Shown here: piece after piece, positions 44,553 to 53,869 of the stretch | Position numbering within the stretch: the stretch's first letter is position 1 | How the letters are laid out: each line of letters opens with the position of its first letter | Assembly (NCBI GenBank): GCA_020354665.1 | Contig: CP070653.1 | Location: forward strand, 2,927,763-2,991,762 | Direction: 5' to 3' | Source of the DNA: Burkholderiales bacterium | GTDB taxonomy: Bacteria; Pseudomonadota; Gammaproteobacteria; Burkholderiales; Burkholderiaceae_C | DNA: 64,000 bases | Translations under genes and position numbers: made by a program | The notes under the pieces: model-generated | What the model was told of the DNA's origin: nothing | Databases searched by the model: none | Seen by the model: only the letters and a program-made list of their open reading frames with translations

Positions 44553-45500
44553 TCACTTGATGAAGCGCTGATCGGCCAGCTTGGTGAGGTCGGGGATCTG
44601 CTTGATGATCCCGGCGGCGAGCAGCAGATCGGCCGCGTCCTTGCTGAAGGCCCCGTGTTCGCCGGCGAAGAACTTCTGGTTCGCGGCGCGGTCCTGCCAG
44701 CGCAGGTATTTCTGGCTCGCCTCGAACTGCTCGGCGGTCTGCTTGACGTCGGTGCCCATGATCTCGAAGCTCTTCTTCGGATCGGCCTTGATCATGTCGA
44801 GCGCGTCGAAGTAGCCGTCAGCCAGGGCCTGGGCCGCCTTCGGATTCTCGGCCAGGAACTTCGGCGTGCAACCGAAGGTGTCCATCACCATCGGATAGTC
44901 GAGCGTCGTCGCGATGATCTTGCCGGCCTCGGGCTTGGCGCGCACCGCACCGAGATACGGCTCGTAGGTCATCGCGGCATCGATGCCGGCGGTGCCCGCA
45001 ATCATCGCGTTGGCCGCGGCCTGCGGCTCGAGGTTCACGACGTTGACGTCCTTGATGCTCAAGCCATTCTTGCTCAGCATCCATGCGAGCGTGAAGTACG
45101 GCGCCGTGCCGGGCGCGCTGGCCGCCACCGTCTTGCCCTTGAGGTCGGTGATCTTGGCGATGCTCGGTTTCACGACCATGCCGTCGGCGCCGTAGCTCTT
45201 GTCGAGCTGGAAGATCTGGGTCGTCGCCACGCCGTTGGCGTTCCAGACGATCCAGGTCTCCACCGTGGTCGCGGCGCACTGGATGTCGCCCGAGGCGATC
45301 GCCAGATGGCGGTCCTTCTGCGGGATCTTCTTGATCGACACGTCGAGGCCGTGCTTCTTGAACAGGCCAGCCTCGTTGGCGAGGGTGAGCGGCGCGAAGC
45401 CGGTCCACCCCGAGATGCCGATGGCGACCTTGGTTTCCTGCGCGGCGGCGCCGAGTGCGGCCGAGGCAATGGCAAGGGCAACGAACGTCTTCTTGATCAT
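44553..45500 (-). CDS. NMT1/ThiY-like periplasmic substrate-binding protein (hut-linked)
   Basis: Start at ATG 45500 (MIKKTFVALAIASAALGAAAQE signal peptide) behind GGAGCA. NitT/TauT-type SBP body. Confidence 0.85.
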   Translation of the reverse strand: MIKKTFVALAIASAALGAAAQETKVAIGISGWTGFAPLTLANEAGLFKKHGLDVSIKKIPQKDRHLAIASGDIQCAATTVETWIVWNANGVATTQIFQLDKSYGADGMVVKPSIAKITDLKGKTVAASAPGTAPYFTLAWMLSKNGLSIKDVNVVNLEPQAAANAMIAGTAGIDAAMTYEPYLGAVRAKPEAGKIIATTLDYPMVMDTFGCTPKFLAENPKAAQALADGYFDALDMIKADPKKSFEIMGTDVKQTAEQFEASQKYLRWQDRAANQKFFAGEHGAFSKDAADLLLAAGIIKQIPDLTKLADQRFIK

Positions 45501-45529
45501 GGGATGCTCCTGGTTGAAGGCGGGAGGGG

Positions 45530-47230
45530 TCAGGCCGGAATCCACAGGGCCGGCAGGTCGGGCAGATTGCGCAGGACGCGCGCAAGCGAGCCGTCGGTGA
45601 CGAGCGCGGTGGCGCGCTCGATGTCCGGTGCGAGGCTGCGGTCGCGATCGACCGAGGGGCAGCGCTCGCGCAGCGTGGCCTGGACACGGGCCAGCGGCTC
45701 GGAGGTGGCGAGCGGGCGCAGGAAGTCGATACCCTGCGCCGCCGCGAGCAGCTCGATGCCGAGAATGTGTGCGGTGTTCGCGATCATTGGCTGCAGGCGC
45801 CGAGCGGCAAAAGTGGCCATGCTGACATGGTCCTCCTGGTTGGCCGAGGTGGGCAGCGAATCGACGCTCGCCGGATGCGCCATCGACTTGTTCTCGCTCG
45901 CGAGCGACGCCGCGGTGACGTGCGCGATCATGAACCCACTGTTCAGTCCCGGGTCGGCGGTCAGGAACGGCGGCAGTCGCGACACGCCAGCGTCGATCAG
46001 CATCGCGATGCGGCGCTCGGCGATCGCACCGACCTCGGCAATCGCCACCGCCATTGCGTCGCAGGCAAGCGCCACCGGCTCGGCGTGGAAGTTCCCGCCG
46101 GACAAGATGGCGCCCCCACGCGCACTCCCTTGGCTCCGGCCGGCGCTCTGCGCTTTCACTTCGCTACGCGAAGTGAGCCTTGCCGCAGCGGCCTCGGGGC
46201 CGTTGTCGCCGCCCCCCGCGGGGGCGCGGCCGGGCTTGGGGCGGCCCGGCGCCCGTCCGACCGCGCCTTCGTCGCCATCGGGGAAGACGAGCGGGTTGTC
46301 GGTGACCGCGTTCGCCTCGCGCACCAGCACCAGCGCCGCGTGGCGCAGCTGGTCGAGGCAGGCACCCACGACCTGCGGCTGGCAGCGCAGGCAGTAGGGG
46401 TCCTGCACGCGGTCGTCACCTTCACGGTGCGAGGCACGGATCGCGCTGCCTTCGAGCAGCCTGCGGTAGTAGCGCGCGACGTCGATTTGCCCGGGCTGGC
46501 CGCGCAGGGCGTGGATGCGCGGGTCGAACGGCCCGTCACTGCCGCGTGCGGCATCGACCGTGAGCGCACCCACCACCAGTGCGGCCTCGAGCACCGGCTC
46601 GAAGGCGAGCAGCGCATGCAGCGCGAGCGCGGTGGAGGTCTGCGTGCCGTTGATGAGCGCGAGGCCTTCCTTGGCCTGCAGCACCAGCGGCTCGATTCCC
46701 GCCTCGCGCAGTCGCGGCAGCGCCGGCACACGCTGCCCCGCGACGAGCATCTCGCCTTCGCCGGTTAGCGTGAGCGTCATGTGGGCCAGCGGCGCCAGGT
46801 CGCCCGACGCGCCGACCGAACCCTGTGACGGCACGTACGGTACGAGCCCGGCGTTGTGCACGGGCAGCAGCGTGTCGATCAGCTGCTGCCGCACGCCCGA
46901 GTGGCCGCGCGCCAGGCTGGCCGCCTTCAGCGCGAGCATCAGCCGCACCACCTGCGGTGCGAGCGGCTCGCCCACGCCGACGCTGTGCGAGCGAATCAGG
47001 TTGCGCTGCAGCGCCTCGAGATCGGCTTCGCTGATGCGGGTGGAGGCGAGCTTGCCGAAACCGGTGTTGATGCCGTACGCGGGGGCGTGACCCTGCGCCG
47101 CGCGCCGCACGATCGCCGCACTGGCGGCAATTGCCGCCTGCGACGCCGGATCGATCGCCAGCGGCACGCTGCCGGCGTGCACTGCGCGCAGGATGTCGAG
47201 CGTCAGTGCGCCCGGCGTCAGCTGCAGCAT
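45530..47230 (-). CDS. hutH: Histidine ammonia-lyase carrying a 51-codon in-frame insertion
   Basis: [11 protein letters not shown]..., the [13 protein letters not shown]-forming motif, and NPLVF...[11 protein letters not shown]. Start at ATG 47230, 2 nt after the hutU stop. The 962-aa track ORF is an upstream out-of-frame extension across hutU. Confidence 0.9.
   Translation of the reverse strand: MLQLTPGALTLDILRAVHAGSVPLAIDPASQAAIAASAAIVRRAAQGHAPAYGINTGFGKLASTRISEADLEALQRNLIRSHSVGVGEPLAPQVVRLMLALKAASLARGHSGVRQQLIDTLLPVHNAGLVPYVPSQGSVGASGDLAPLAHMTLTLTGEGEMLVAGQRVPALPRLREAGIEPLVLQAKEGLALINGTQTSTALALHALLAFEPVLEAALVVGALTVDAARGSDGPFDPRIHALRGQPGQIDVARYYRRLLEGSAIRASHREGDDRVQDPYCLRCQPQVVGACLDQLRHAALVLVREANAVTDNPLVFPDGDEGAVGRAPGRPKPGRAPAGGGDNGPEAAAARLTSRSEVKAQSAGRSQGSARGGAILSGGNFHAEPVALACDAMAVAIAEVGAIAERRIAMLIDAGVSRLPPFLTADPGLNSGFMIAHVTAASLASENKSMAHPASVDSLPTSANQEDHVSMATFAARRLQPMIANTAHILGIELLAAAQGIDFLRPLATSEPLARVQATLRERCPSVDRDRSLAPDIERATALVTDGSLARVLRNLPDLPALWIPA
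46115..46267. repeat. 153-nt GC-rich hairpin-containing insertion within hutH, bounded by a 5-nt direct repeat (GCGCC at 46110-46114 and 46263-46267)
   Basis: Perfect 9-bp stem TCACTTCGC (46156-46164) / GCGAAGTGA (46168-46176), 12-nt palindrome CCCCCGCGGGGG (46213-46224), and CCGGGC...GCCCGG arms. Translates to low-complexity [49 protein letters not shown]. Confidence 0.6.
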
Positions 47231-47232
47231 GT

Positions 47233-48933
47233 TCAGCCGAGCATCGGCAGGTTCAGCCCCTGCTCGCGCGCGCACTGAAGCGCGGGTTCGTAGCCGGCGT
47301 CGGCGTGGCGCATCACCCCCGTGCCCGGATCGTTCCATAGCACGCGCTCGATGCGCCGGGCCGCCGCGTCGGTACCGTCGCAGACGATCACCACGCCGGC
47401 GTGTTGCGAGTAGCCCATGCCGACGCCGCCACCGTGGTGGAAGCTCACCCACGTCGCCCCACTGGCCGTGTTGAGCAGCGCATTGAGCAGCGGCCAATCG
47501 CTCACCGCGTCGCTGCCGTCCTTCATGCTTTCGGTCTCGCGGTTGGGGCTGGCGACCGAGCCGCTGTCGAGGTGGTCGCGCCCGATCACGATCGGTGCCT
47601 TCAGCTCGCCCTTGCGCACCATCTCGTTGAACGCGAGGCCAGCACGGTGCCGCTCGCCCAGGCCGATCCAGCAGATGCGCGCGGGCAGCCCCTGGAACGC
47701 GATGCGCGCCTGCGCCATCTCGAGCCAGCGATGCAGGTGCGCATCGTCGGGGAACAGTTCCTTGAGCTTGGCGTCGGTCTTGCGGATGTCCTCTGCATCG
47801 CCCGACAGCGCGACCCAGCGGAACGGGCCCTTGCCGCGGCAGAACAGCGGCCGGATGTAGGCCGGCACGAAGCCGGGGAAGTCGAATGCGTTCTTCACCC
47901 CCTGGTCGAACGCGACCTGGCGGATGTTGTTGCCGTAGTCGACGGTTGGAATCCCCATCGCGTGAAACTCGAGCATCGCTTGCACATGCACGGCGCAGCT
48001 CTTCGCGGCCGCATCGCGCAGGGCGGCATGCTGGTTCGCGTCCGCCTGCGCCGCGTGCCAGCGCTCCACACTCCAGCCCAGCGGCAGGTAACCGTTGACG
48101 AGGTCGTGCGCGCTGGTCTGGTCGGTCACCAGATCGGGCTTGAGGCCGCCGGCCTTCGCGCGCTGGACCAGCTCCCGCATCACCTCGGCTGCATTGCCGA
48201 GCAGGCCGATCGAGACCGCCTTGCCCTCGGCGGTGTACTTTGCGATGCGCGCCAGCGCGTCGTCGAGGCCGGTGGCCTGCTCGTCGAGGTAGCGGCTGCG
48301 CAGTCGGAAATCGATGCGAGACTGCTGGCACTCGACGTTCAGCGAGCAGGCACCGGCGAAGGAGGCTGCGAGCGGCTGTGCACCCCCCATGCCGCCAAGG
48401 CCCGCGGTGAGGATCCACTTGCCCTTGAGGTTGCCGCCGCAGTGCTGTCGCCCGGCTTCAGCGAAGGTCTCGTAGGTGCCCTGGACGATGCCCTGGCTGC
48501 CGATGTAGATCCAGCTGCCCGCGGTCATCTGGCCGAACATCATCAGGCCCTTGCGGTCGAGCTCGTGGAAATGCTCCCAGGTCGCCCACTTCGGTACCAG
48601 ATTGCTGTTGGCAATCAGCACCCGTGGCGCGTCCGGATGCGTGCGGAAGACGCCGACCGGCTTGCCCGACTGGATCAGCAGCGACTCATCGTCCTTGAGG
48701 TCGCGCAGGCTGCGCAGGATCGCCTCGTAGCACGGCCAGTTGCGCGCGGCCTTGCCGATGCCGCCGTAGACCACCAGCGCATCGGGGTTCTCGGCCACTT
48801 CCGGGTCGAGGTTGTTCTGGATCATGCGGTAGGCGGCCTCGATCAGCCAATTGCGGCAGGTGATGGCGCTGCCGCGCGGTGCGCGAACGGGATGCGGGCC
48901 GGCGACGGCGCGAAGGTCGGACAGGTCGGTCAT
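47233..48933 (-). CDS. hutU: Urocanate hydratase
   Basis: Full-length urocanase ([23 protein letters not shown]). Confidence 0.95.
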   Translation of the reverse strand: MTDLSDLRAVAGPHPVRAPRGSAITCRNWLIEAAYRMIQNNLDPEVAENPDALVVYGGIGKAARNWPCYEAILRSLRDLKDDESLLIQSGKPVGVFRTHPDAPRVLIANSNLVPKWATWEHFHELDRKGLMMFGQMTAGSWIYIGSQGIVQGTYETFAEAGRQHCGGNLKGKWILTAGLGGMGGAQPLAASFAGACSLNVECQQSRIDFRLRSRYLDEQATGLDDALARIAKYTAEGKAVSIGLLGNAAEVMRELVQRAKAGGLKPDLVTDQTSAHDLVNGYLPLGWSVERWHAAQADANQHAALRDAAAKSCAVHVQAMLEFHAMGIPTVDYGNNIRQVAFDQGVKNAFDFPGFVPAYIRPLFCRGKGPFRWVALSGDAEDIRKTDAKLKELFPDDAHLHRWLEMAQARIAFQGLPARICWIGLGERHRAGLAFNEMVRKGELKAPIVIGRDHLDSGSVASPNRETESMKDGSDAVSDWPLLNALLNTASGATWVSFHHGGGVGMGYSQHAGVVIVCDGTDAAARRIERVLWNDPGTGVMRHADAGYEPALQCAREQGLNLPMLG

Positions 48934-48973
48934 GGGTGCCCCTGGCGGTGAACTCCGGATACGCGAACTTTAG

Positions 48974-48985
48974 TTGTCTATACAA
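48974..48985. promoter_or_regulatory. Candidate HutC operator TTGTCTATACAA
   Basis: GntR/HutC-type palindromic half-sites TTGT...ACAA, 41 nt upstream of the hutU start in the divergent hutU/hutC region. Confidence 0.55.
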
Positions 48986-49042
48986 GCCTAGGCAAGCCGG
49001 CCGGCTCGGGGTTTTCCCGTGGCTCGGCGCGGCCGCGCCGAC

Positions 49043-49053
49043 TTGTCTATACA
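49043..49053. promoter_or_regulatory. Second candidate HutC operator TTGTCTATACA
   Basis: 11-nt identical copy of the first box, 25 nt upstream of the hutC ATG. Confidence 0.55.
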
Positions 49054-49077
49054 TGATTGAGCAACTAAACTGTGTTC

Positions 49078-49794
49078 ATGGAGACCGTGCAGACCGCCGC
49101 GGCGCCCTATTTGCGGGTCAAGCAGTACCTGAAGACCCAGCTCGCGCAGGGCCGCTGGCCACCGGGGGCGCTGATGCCGTCCGAGGCCGAGCTCGTCGCG
49201 CGGTTCGGGGTGAGCCGCATGACGGCCAACCGCGCGCTGCGCGAGCTGCAGGTCGAGGGGCTGGTCGAGCGCGTGCAGGGCGTTGGCACCTTCGCGGCGC
49301 AGCTGGCGCCCGTCTCGTCGACGCTGACGATCCGCGACCTGCACGAGGAGATCGAGTCGCGCGGCCACCGCCACCATGCCACGGTGCATCTTGCGCGCGA
49401 GGAGCGCACCGGCGCGGCGCTGGCGCGGCAGCTGGGGCTGGACCTCGGCGCGCCGGTGTTCCACTCGTTGATCGTGCACCACGACAACGGCGTCGCGCTG
49501 CAGTGCGAGGACCGCTATGTCAATCCCGCATGGGCGCCCGACTACCTGAGCGTCGACTTCACCCGGACCACGCCGACGCATTACCTGCTCGAGGTGGCGC
49601 CGCTGTGGGAAGCGCAGTACACGATCGAAGCCAGCGTGCCCACCGAGCAGGAAGCTCGGCTGCTGGACATCGGGCGCAATGAGCCGTGCCTGGTGGTCGT
49701 GCGGCGCACGGTGAGCCGAGGCGTGCCGATCACGATCGCTCGGCTGGTGCATCCCGGATCGCGTTACCAGCTCCAAGGGCGGTTCAGTCCATGA
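49078..49794 (+). CDS. hutC: Histidine utilisation repressor (GntR/HutC family)
   Basis: GntR HTH ([23 protein letters not shown]) plus a UTRA domain. ATG at 49078; a GTG two codons upstream is an alternative. Confidence 0.9.
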   Translation: METVQTAAAPYLRVKQYLKTQLAQGRWPPGALMPSEAELVARFGVSRMTANRALRELQVEGLVERVQGVGTFAAQLAPVSSTLTIRDLHEEIESRGHRHHATVHLAREERTGAALARQLGLDLGAPVFHSLIVHHDNGVALQCEDRYVNPAWAPDYLSVDFTRTTPTHYLLEVAPLWEAQYTIEASVPTEQEARLLDIGRNEPCLVVVRRTVSRGVPITIARLVHPGSRYQLQGRFSP

Positions 49795-49861
49795 TCGCGA
49801 TGCGGGCGCGCGGTCACGGTGCAGTGGCGCAGCGCGCGGCCGGCGCGCGGCGGGCTGGCGC

Positions 49862-51067
49862 ATGAAGACGCTGTGGCGCCGCGCGCGGATCGCGACGCTC
49901 GCGGGCGAGGCCGGCTGGGGCTGGATCGAGCGCGGTGCGCTGATGGCCGATGGCGAGGCAATTGCCTGGGTCGGCGCCGAAGCCGACCTGCCGCGCGGCC
50001 TGGTCCTCGACGCCGAACACGACCTCGACGGTGCACTGGTGACGCCAGGGCTGATCGACTGTCACACCCACCTCGTCTATGGTGGCCACCGCGCGCGCGA
50101 GTTCGAACTGCGGCTGCAGGGTGCGAGCTACGAAGAGATTGCCCGCGCCGGCGGCGGCATCCGGTCGACCGTCGCGGCGACGCGGGCGGCAAGCGACGAG
50201 GCGCTGCTCGCGACCGCCCGCGAACGCGCGCTCGCACTGCTCGGCGAAGGTGTGACGACCCTCGAGATCAAGTCGGGCTACGGTCTTTCGGCCGAACACG
50301 AGGCGCGCTGCCTGCGCATTGCGCGCCGCCTCGGCCGCGAATTGCCGCTCGCGGTACGCACCACGTGCCTGTCAGCGCACGCGGTACCGCCGGAGTACGA
50401 GGGCCGCGCCGACGACTACATCGATGCGGCCTGCGCCTGGCTGCCCTCGTTGCACGCCGAGGGTCTCGTCGATGCGGTCGACGCGTTCTGCGAGCGCATC
50501 GCGTTCACGCCGGCACAGACCCGGCGCGTGTTCGACGCGGCGAAGACGCTCGGGCTGCCGGTCAAGCTGCACGCCGAACAGCTCTCGGATCAGGGCGGCG
50601 CTGCGCTGGCGGCCGAGTACGGCGCGCTCAGCTGCGATCACCTCGAATTCCTGGGCGATGCTGGCATCGCGGCGATGGCGCGCGCCGGCACGGTCGCGGT
50701 GCTATTGCCCGGGGCGTTCTACTTTCTGCGCGAGACGAAGCGGCCACCGGTCGATGCCCTGCGCGCGGCGCGCGTGCCGATCGCGGTTGCGACGGACCAC
50801 AACCCCGGTTCGTCGCCGGTGCTTTCGCCGCTGTTGATGCTCAACATGGCGTGCACGTTGTTCCACCTGACGCCGGAAGAGGCGCTGCGCGGCATGACGC
50901 TGCACGGCGCGCTCGCGCTCGGCCTGCCGGACCGCGGCACGCTGGCCCCTGGCCAGCGCGCCGACCTGGCGGTCTGGGGCGTCGAGCACCCGAACGAACT
51001 GGCCTACTGGTTCGGTCGTAACCCGTGCCGCGGCACCGTGATTGCCGGCCGCGAGTGCGTGCGATGA
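49862..51067 (+). CDS. hutI: Imidazolonepropionase
   Basis: Amidohydrolase HutI pattern ([31 protein letters not shown]). Confidence 0.95.
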   Translation: MKTLWRRARIATLAGEAGWGWIERGALMADGEAIAWVGAEADLPRGLVLDAEHDLDGALVTPGLIDCHTHLVYGGHRAREFELRLQGASYEEIARAGGGIRSTVAATRAASDEALLATARERALALLGEGVTTLEIKSGYGLSAEHEARCLRIARRLGRELPLAVRTTCLSAHAVPPEYEGRADDYIDAACAWLPSLHAEGLVDAVDAFCERIAFTPAQTRRVFDAAKTLGLPVKLHAEQLSDQGGAALAAEYGALSCDHLEFLGDAGIAAMARAGTVAVLLPGAFYFLRETKRPPVDALRAARVPIAVATDHNPGSSPVLSPLLMLNMACTLFHLTPEEALRGMTLHGALALGLPDRGTLAPGQRADLAVWGVEHPNELAYWFGRNPCRGTVIAGRECVR

Positions 51068-51861
51068 CCGAGACCTTCACATTGCACCGCGGCTCGGAGC
51101 CGCTCATCGTGAGCCTGCCGCACGTGGGCACGCGGATTGCCGAGTCGCTGCGCGATCGCTTCAACGCACGGGCACTGGCCGTCGAAGACGCCGACTGGCA
51201 CCTCGACACCCTGTACGCGTTCGCTCGGGATCTCGGCGCGAGCGTTCTCGTTCCGGCCTACGCGCGCTACGTCGTCGATCTGAACCGGCCAGCCGAGGAC
51301 GCGCCGATGTACCCGGGCGTCAACAACACCGAGTTGGTTCCCACGCGGTTCTTCAGCGGCGAGCCGCTCTACCGCGAACATCAAGCGCCGACCCCCGCCG
51401 AGATCGCGGCGCGCCGCGAGACTTATTGGCGGCCGTATCACGACGCGCTGGCCGATGAACTGCGCAGGGTTCGCGAAGCGCACGGCCACGTCGTGCTGTG
51501 GGACGGGCACAGCATCAAGTCCGAGCTGCCGTGGCTGTTCCCGGGTCGGCTGCCCGACCTCAACCTCGGCACCGCCGGCGGGGCGAGCTGTGCGCCGCAG
51601 CTGCGCGCCGCGTTGACCCGGGTGCTGGCCGGCCAGACGCACTTCAGCCATGTCGTCGACGGACGCTTCAAGGGTGGCCACATCACGCGTCATTACGGCC
51701 GTCCCGGCGACGGCGTGCACGCAGTCCAGCTCGAGATGTGCTGGTCGACCTACATGATCGAGGCGCCGCCTTACGCGGTCGACACCGCGCGTGCCGCGCG
51801 ACTCGTGCCGGTGCTGCGGGCACTGCTCGAAAGCTGCCTCGCGTGGAGGCCCGATGCCTGA
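51064..51861 (+). CDS. hutG: N-formylglutamate amidohydrolase
   Basis: ATGA overlap with the hutI stop. [16 protein letters not shown] and LWDGHSI are FGase family motifs. Confidence 0.9.
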   Translation: MTETFTLHRGSEPLIVSLPHVGTRIAESLRDRFNARALAVEDADWHLDTLYAFARDLGASVLVPAYARYVVDLNRPAEDAPMYPGVNNTELVPTRFFSGEPLYREHQAPTPAEIAARRETYWRPYHDALADELRRVREAHGHVVLWDGHSIKSELPWLFPGRLPDLNLGTAGGASCAPQLRAALTRVLAGQTHFSHVVDGRFKGGHITRHYGRPGDGVHAVQLEMCWSTYMIEAPPYAVDTARAARLVPVLRALLESCLAWRPDA

Positions 51862-53239
51862 CTCGCTGCTGTGGGCCCCGCTGGCCTGGCTGCCGGGCGG
51901 ATGGAGCGAGGCAGTCGTGCTGCGCATCGACGCGGCCGGTCGTTGGGACGAGATCACGCCGGGGATCGCGACGCCGCCGCTCACGGCCACGCGGGTCGCC
52001 GGCCCGCTGCTGCCGGGTCTCGTCGATGCGCACAGCCACGCCTTCCAACGTGCGTTCGCCGGCCTCGCCGAGCAGCGCGAGTCGGCGGCAGACGATTTCT
52101 GGTCGTGGCGCGACCGCATGTATCGCGTTGCGCTGCGCATCACGTCCGCGCAGCTGCGTGCGGTGGCTGCGCAGCTCTACGTCGAGTTGCTGCGCGGCGG
52201 CTACACGCAGGTGTGCGAGTTCCACTATCTGCACCACGACGTCGAGGGAAAGCCCTACGACGACCCGCTCGCGCTCAGCTGGGCGCTGGCTGATGCGGCG
52301 CAGGATGCGGGGATCGGTCTGACAGTGCTGCCGGCGCTTTATGAGCGGGCAGGGTTTTCGCAGCCGATGCTGCGCGACGATCAGCGCCGTTTTGCGGCGA
52401 GCGCCGACTGGGTTTGGCAAGCGGCGCAGCGCCTCGCGACGGCCCGCCGGCCGCTGCTGACCTCGGGCGTCGCGATCCATTCGCTACGGGCGGCAGCGCC
52501 CGCATCGGTCGCGGCGTTGCGCACGCATGCGATCGACTGGCACGGCCCGATCCATCTTCACGTCAGCGAGCAGACGGCCGAGGTTGACGAGTGCGTTGCG
52601 ACGACCGGGACGCGCCCGGTCGATTGGCTGGCGCGCGAGGGGCTGCTCGATTCGCGCTGGCAGCTCGTGCACGCGACGCACACGACGCGCGACGAGATCG
52701 CTGCGGTCGCGCGCAGCGGCGCCGGCATCGTGGTCTGCCCCAGCACCGAAGGCAACCTCGGCGACGGCCTCGCCGACCTGGCGGGCTGGCTCGCCTGCGG
52801 TGTGCCGGTCGCGATCGGCTCGGACAGCCACGTCACGCGCGACTGGCGCGAGGAACTGCGCTGGCTCGAATACGGCCAGCGCCTGCTTCAGCGCCGGCGT
52901 AACGTCGCCGCCGCGCCCGAACTGGGGCATCCGTCGACCGCGGCCCGCCTGTTCGACGCGGCGGTTACCGCGGGTGCCGCCGCTGCGGCCGAGCCGCGCT
53001 GGGGTCTGGTCGAAGGGGCACGCGCCGACGCGTTGGTGGTCGATCCGGACGAACCGATCCTGCTCGGCGTTGCAGCCGATCGCCTCCTCGACGCGCTGGT
53101 GTTCTCGAGCCCGGCGCGCGCGTGGCGCGATGTCATGGTGGCCGGTCAGTGGGTCATCCGCGACCGCCGGCACGAACGCGAGTCGGCGATCGTCGATCGA
53201 TTCCGGGCGGCGATGGAAGAGATCTGGTCCGCGCCGTAG
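51854..53239 (+). CDS. hutF: Formimidoylglutamate deiminase
   Basis: ATG 51854 overlaps the hutG end. Amidohydrolase motifs (VDAHSHAFQR, HLHVSEQ, GSDSH). Confidence 0.9.
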   Translation: MPDSLLWAPLAWLPGGWSEAVVLRIDAAGRWDEITPGIATPPLTATRVAGPLLPGLVDAHSHAFQRAFAGLAEQRESAADDFWSWRDRMYRVALRITSAQLRAVAAQLYVELLRGGYTQVCEFHYLHHDVEGKPYDDPLALSWALADAAQDAGIGLTVLPALYERAGFSQPMLRDDQRRFAASADWVWQAAQRLATARRPLLTSGVAIHSLRAAAPASVAALRTHAIDWHGPIHLHVSEQTAEVDECVATTGTRPVDWLAREGLLDSRWQLVHATHTTRDEIAAVARSGAGIVVCPSTEGNLGDGLADLAGWLACGVPVAIGSDSHVTRDWREELRWLEYGQRLLQRRRNVAAAPELGHPSTAARLFDAAVTAGAAAAAEPRWGLVEGARADALVVDPDEPILLGVAADRLLDALVFSSPARAWRDVMVAGQWVIRDRRHERESAIVDRFRAAMEEIWSAP

Positions 53240-53282
53240 CCACCGGGGTTTGGCCGAGCTTTCCGTATCGACGCGGGCTTGC

Positions 53283-53750
53283 TCAAGGCGCTGTCCGGCC
53301 GGCCATCTTGCACAGCAGCTCGATCAGCATCGCATGCTCGGCGCGCGACAGCCGCGCGCTCGCTGCCGACTCCAACGAGGGGGCTGTCTTGGCAGCGTGA
53401 CGCGAGAGCTTGCTGCCGGCTTCGGTCAGCACGATGTGCTGCGAGCGGCCGTCCTGCGGATTGCGCTGGCGCCGCACCAGGCCGCGCCGCTCCAGGCGGT
53501 CGATCAAGACCGTCAGCGCCGGCGCCGTCAGGGCCAGCGTTTGCGACAGCCGCTTGGGCGGCGTCGGGCCGTTGGCCAGCAACAGCATCAGCAGCGAGAA
53601 CTCGACTTTGCGCAGACCCAACGGCTCGCCGATGTGGCGCTCGTAGGCCGCTGTAGCTGCGACGGTGGCCTGCGCGAGGTGATAGCCCACCACCTGCGCG
53701 AGCGCGCCGAGCGACAGTTCCTTGTCAGAGCGAGGCGACGACGGGGCCAT
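53283..53750 (-). CDS. MarR family transcriptional regulator
   Basis: Start at ATG 53750. Winged helix region (PTPPKRLSQTLALTAPALTVLIDRLERRGLVRRQRNPQDGR). Confidence 0.85.
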   Translation of the reverse strand: MAPSSPRSDKELSLGALAQVVGYHLAQATVAATAAYERHIGEPLGLRKVEFSLLMLLLANGPTPPKRLSQTLALTAPALTVLIDRLERRGLVRRQRNPQDGRSQHIVLTEAGSKLSRHAAKTAPSLESAASARLSRAEHAMLIELLCKMAGRTAP

Positions 53751-53869
53751 CAGGCTGGTCTTCAGTGGCAGGTCCGCGGCCGCAGCAGCTCGCGCACCTT
53801 GCCGGGTTCCGGGCGGCCGCTGGTGACGGTCGCCGTTTGGCCTTCGATAGGCATCACGCGGGTCATTGC

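Noticed and set aside
46115-46267. The hutH insertion as a mini-intein or an extra folded domain
   Set aside because: Only 51 residues of low complexity, with no Cys/Ser/Thr N-terminal nucleophile followed by a His-Asn C-terminal junction. The DNA-level palindromes point to a nucleic-acid element.
45530-48418. A 962-aa ORF suggesting a giant fusion protein across hutH and hutU
   Set aside because: Only the C-terminal 566 residues (from [11 protein letters not shown] at 47230) are HutH. The upstream 396 residues are Arg/Gly/Pro-rich and lie out of frame over the strongly recognisable hutU gene (47233-48933), so this is a GC-driven open frame.
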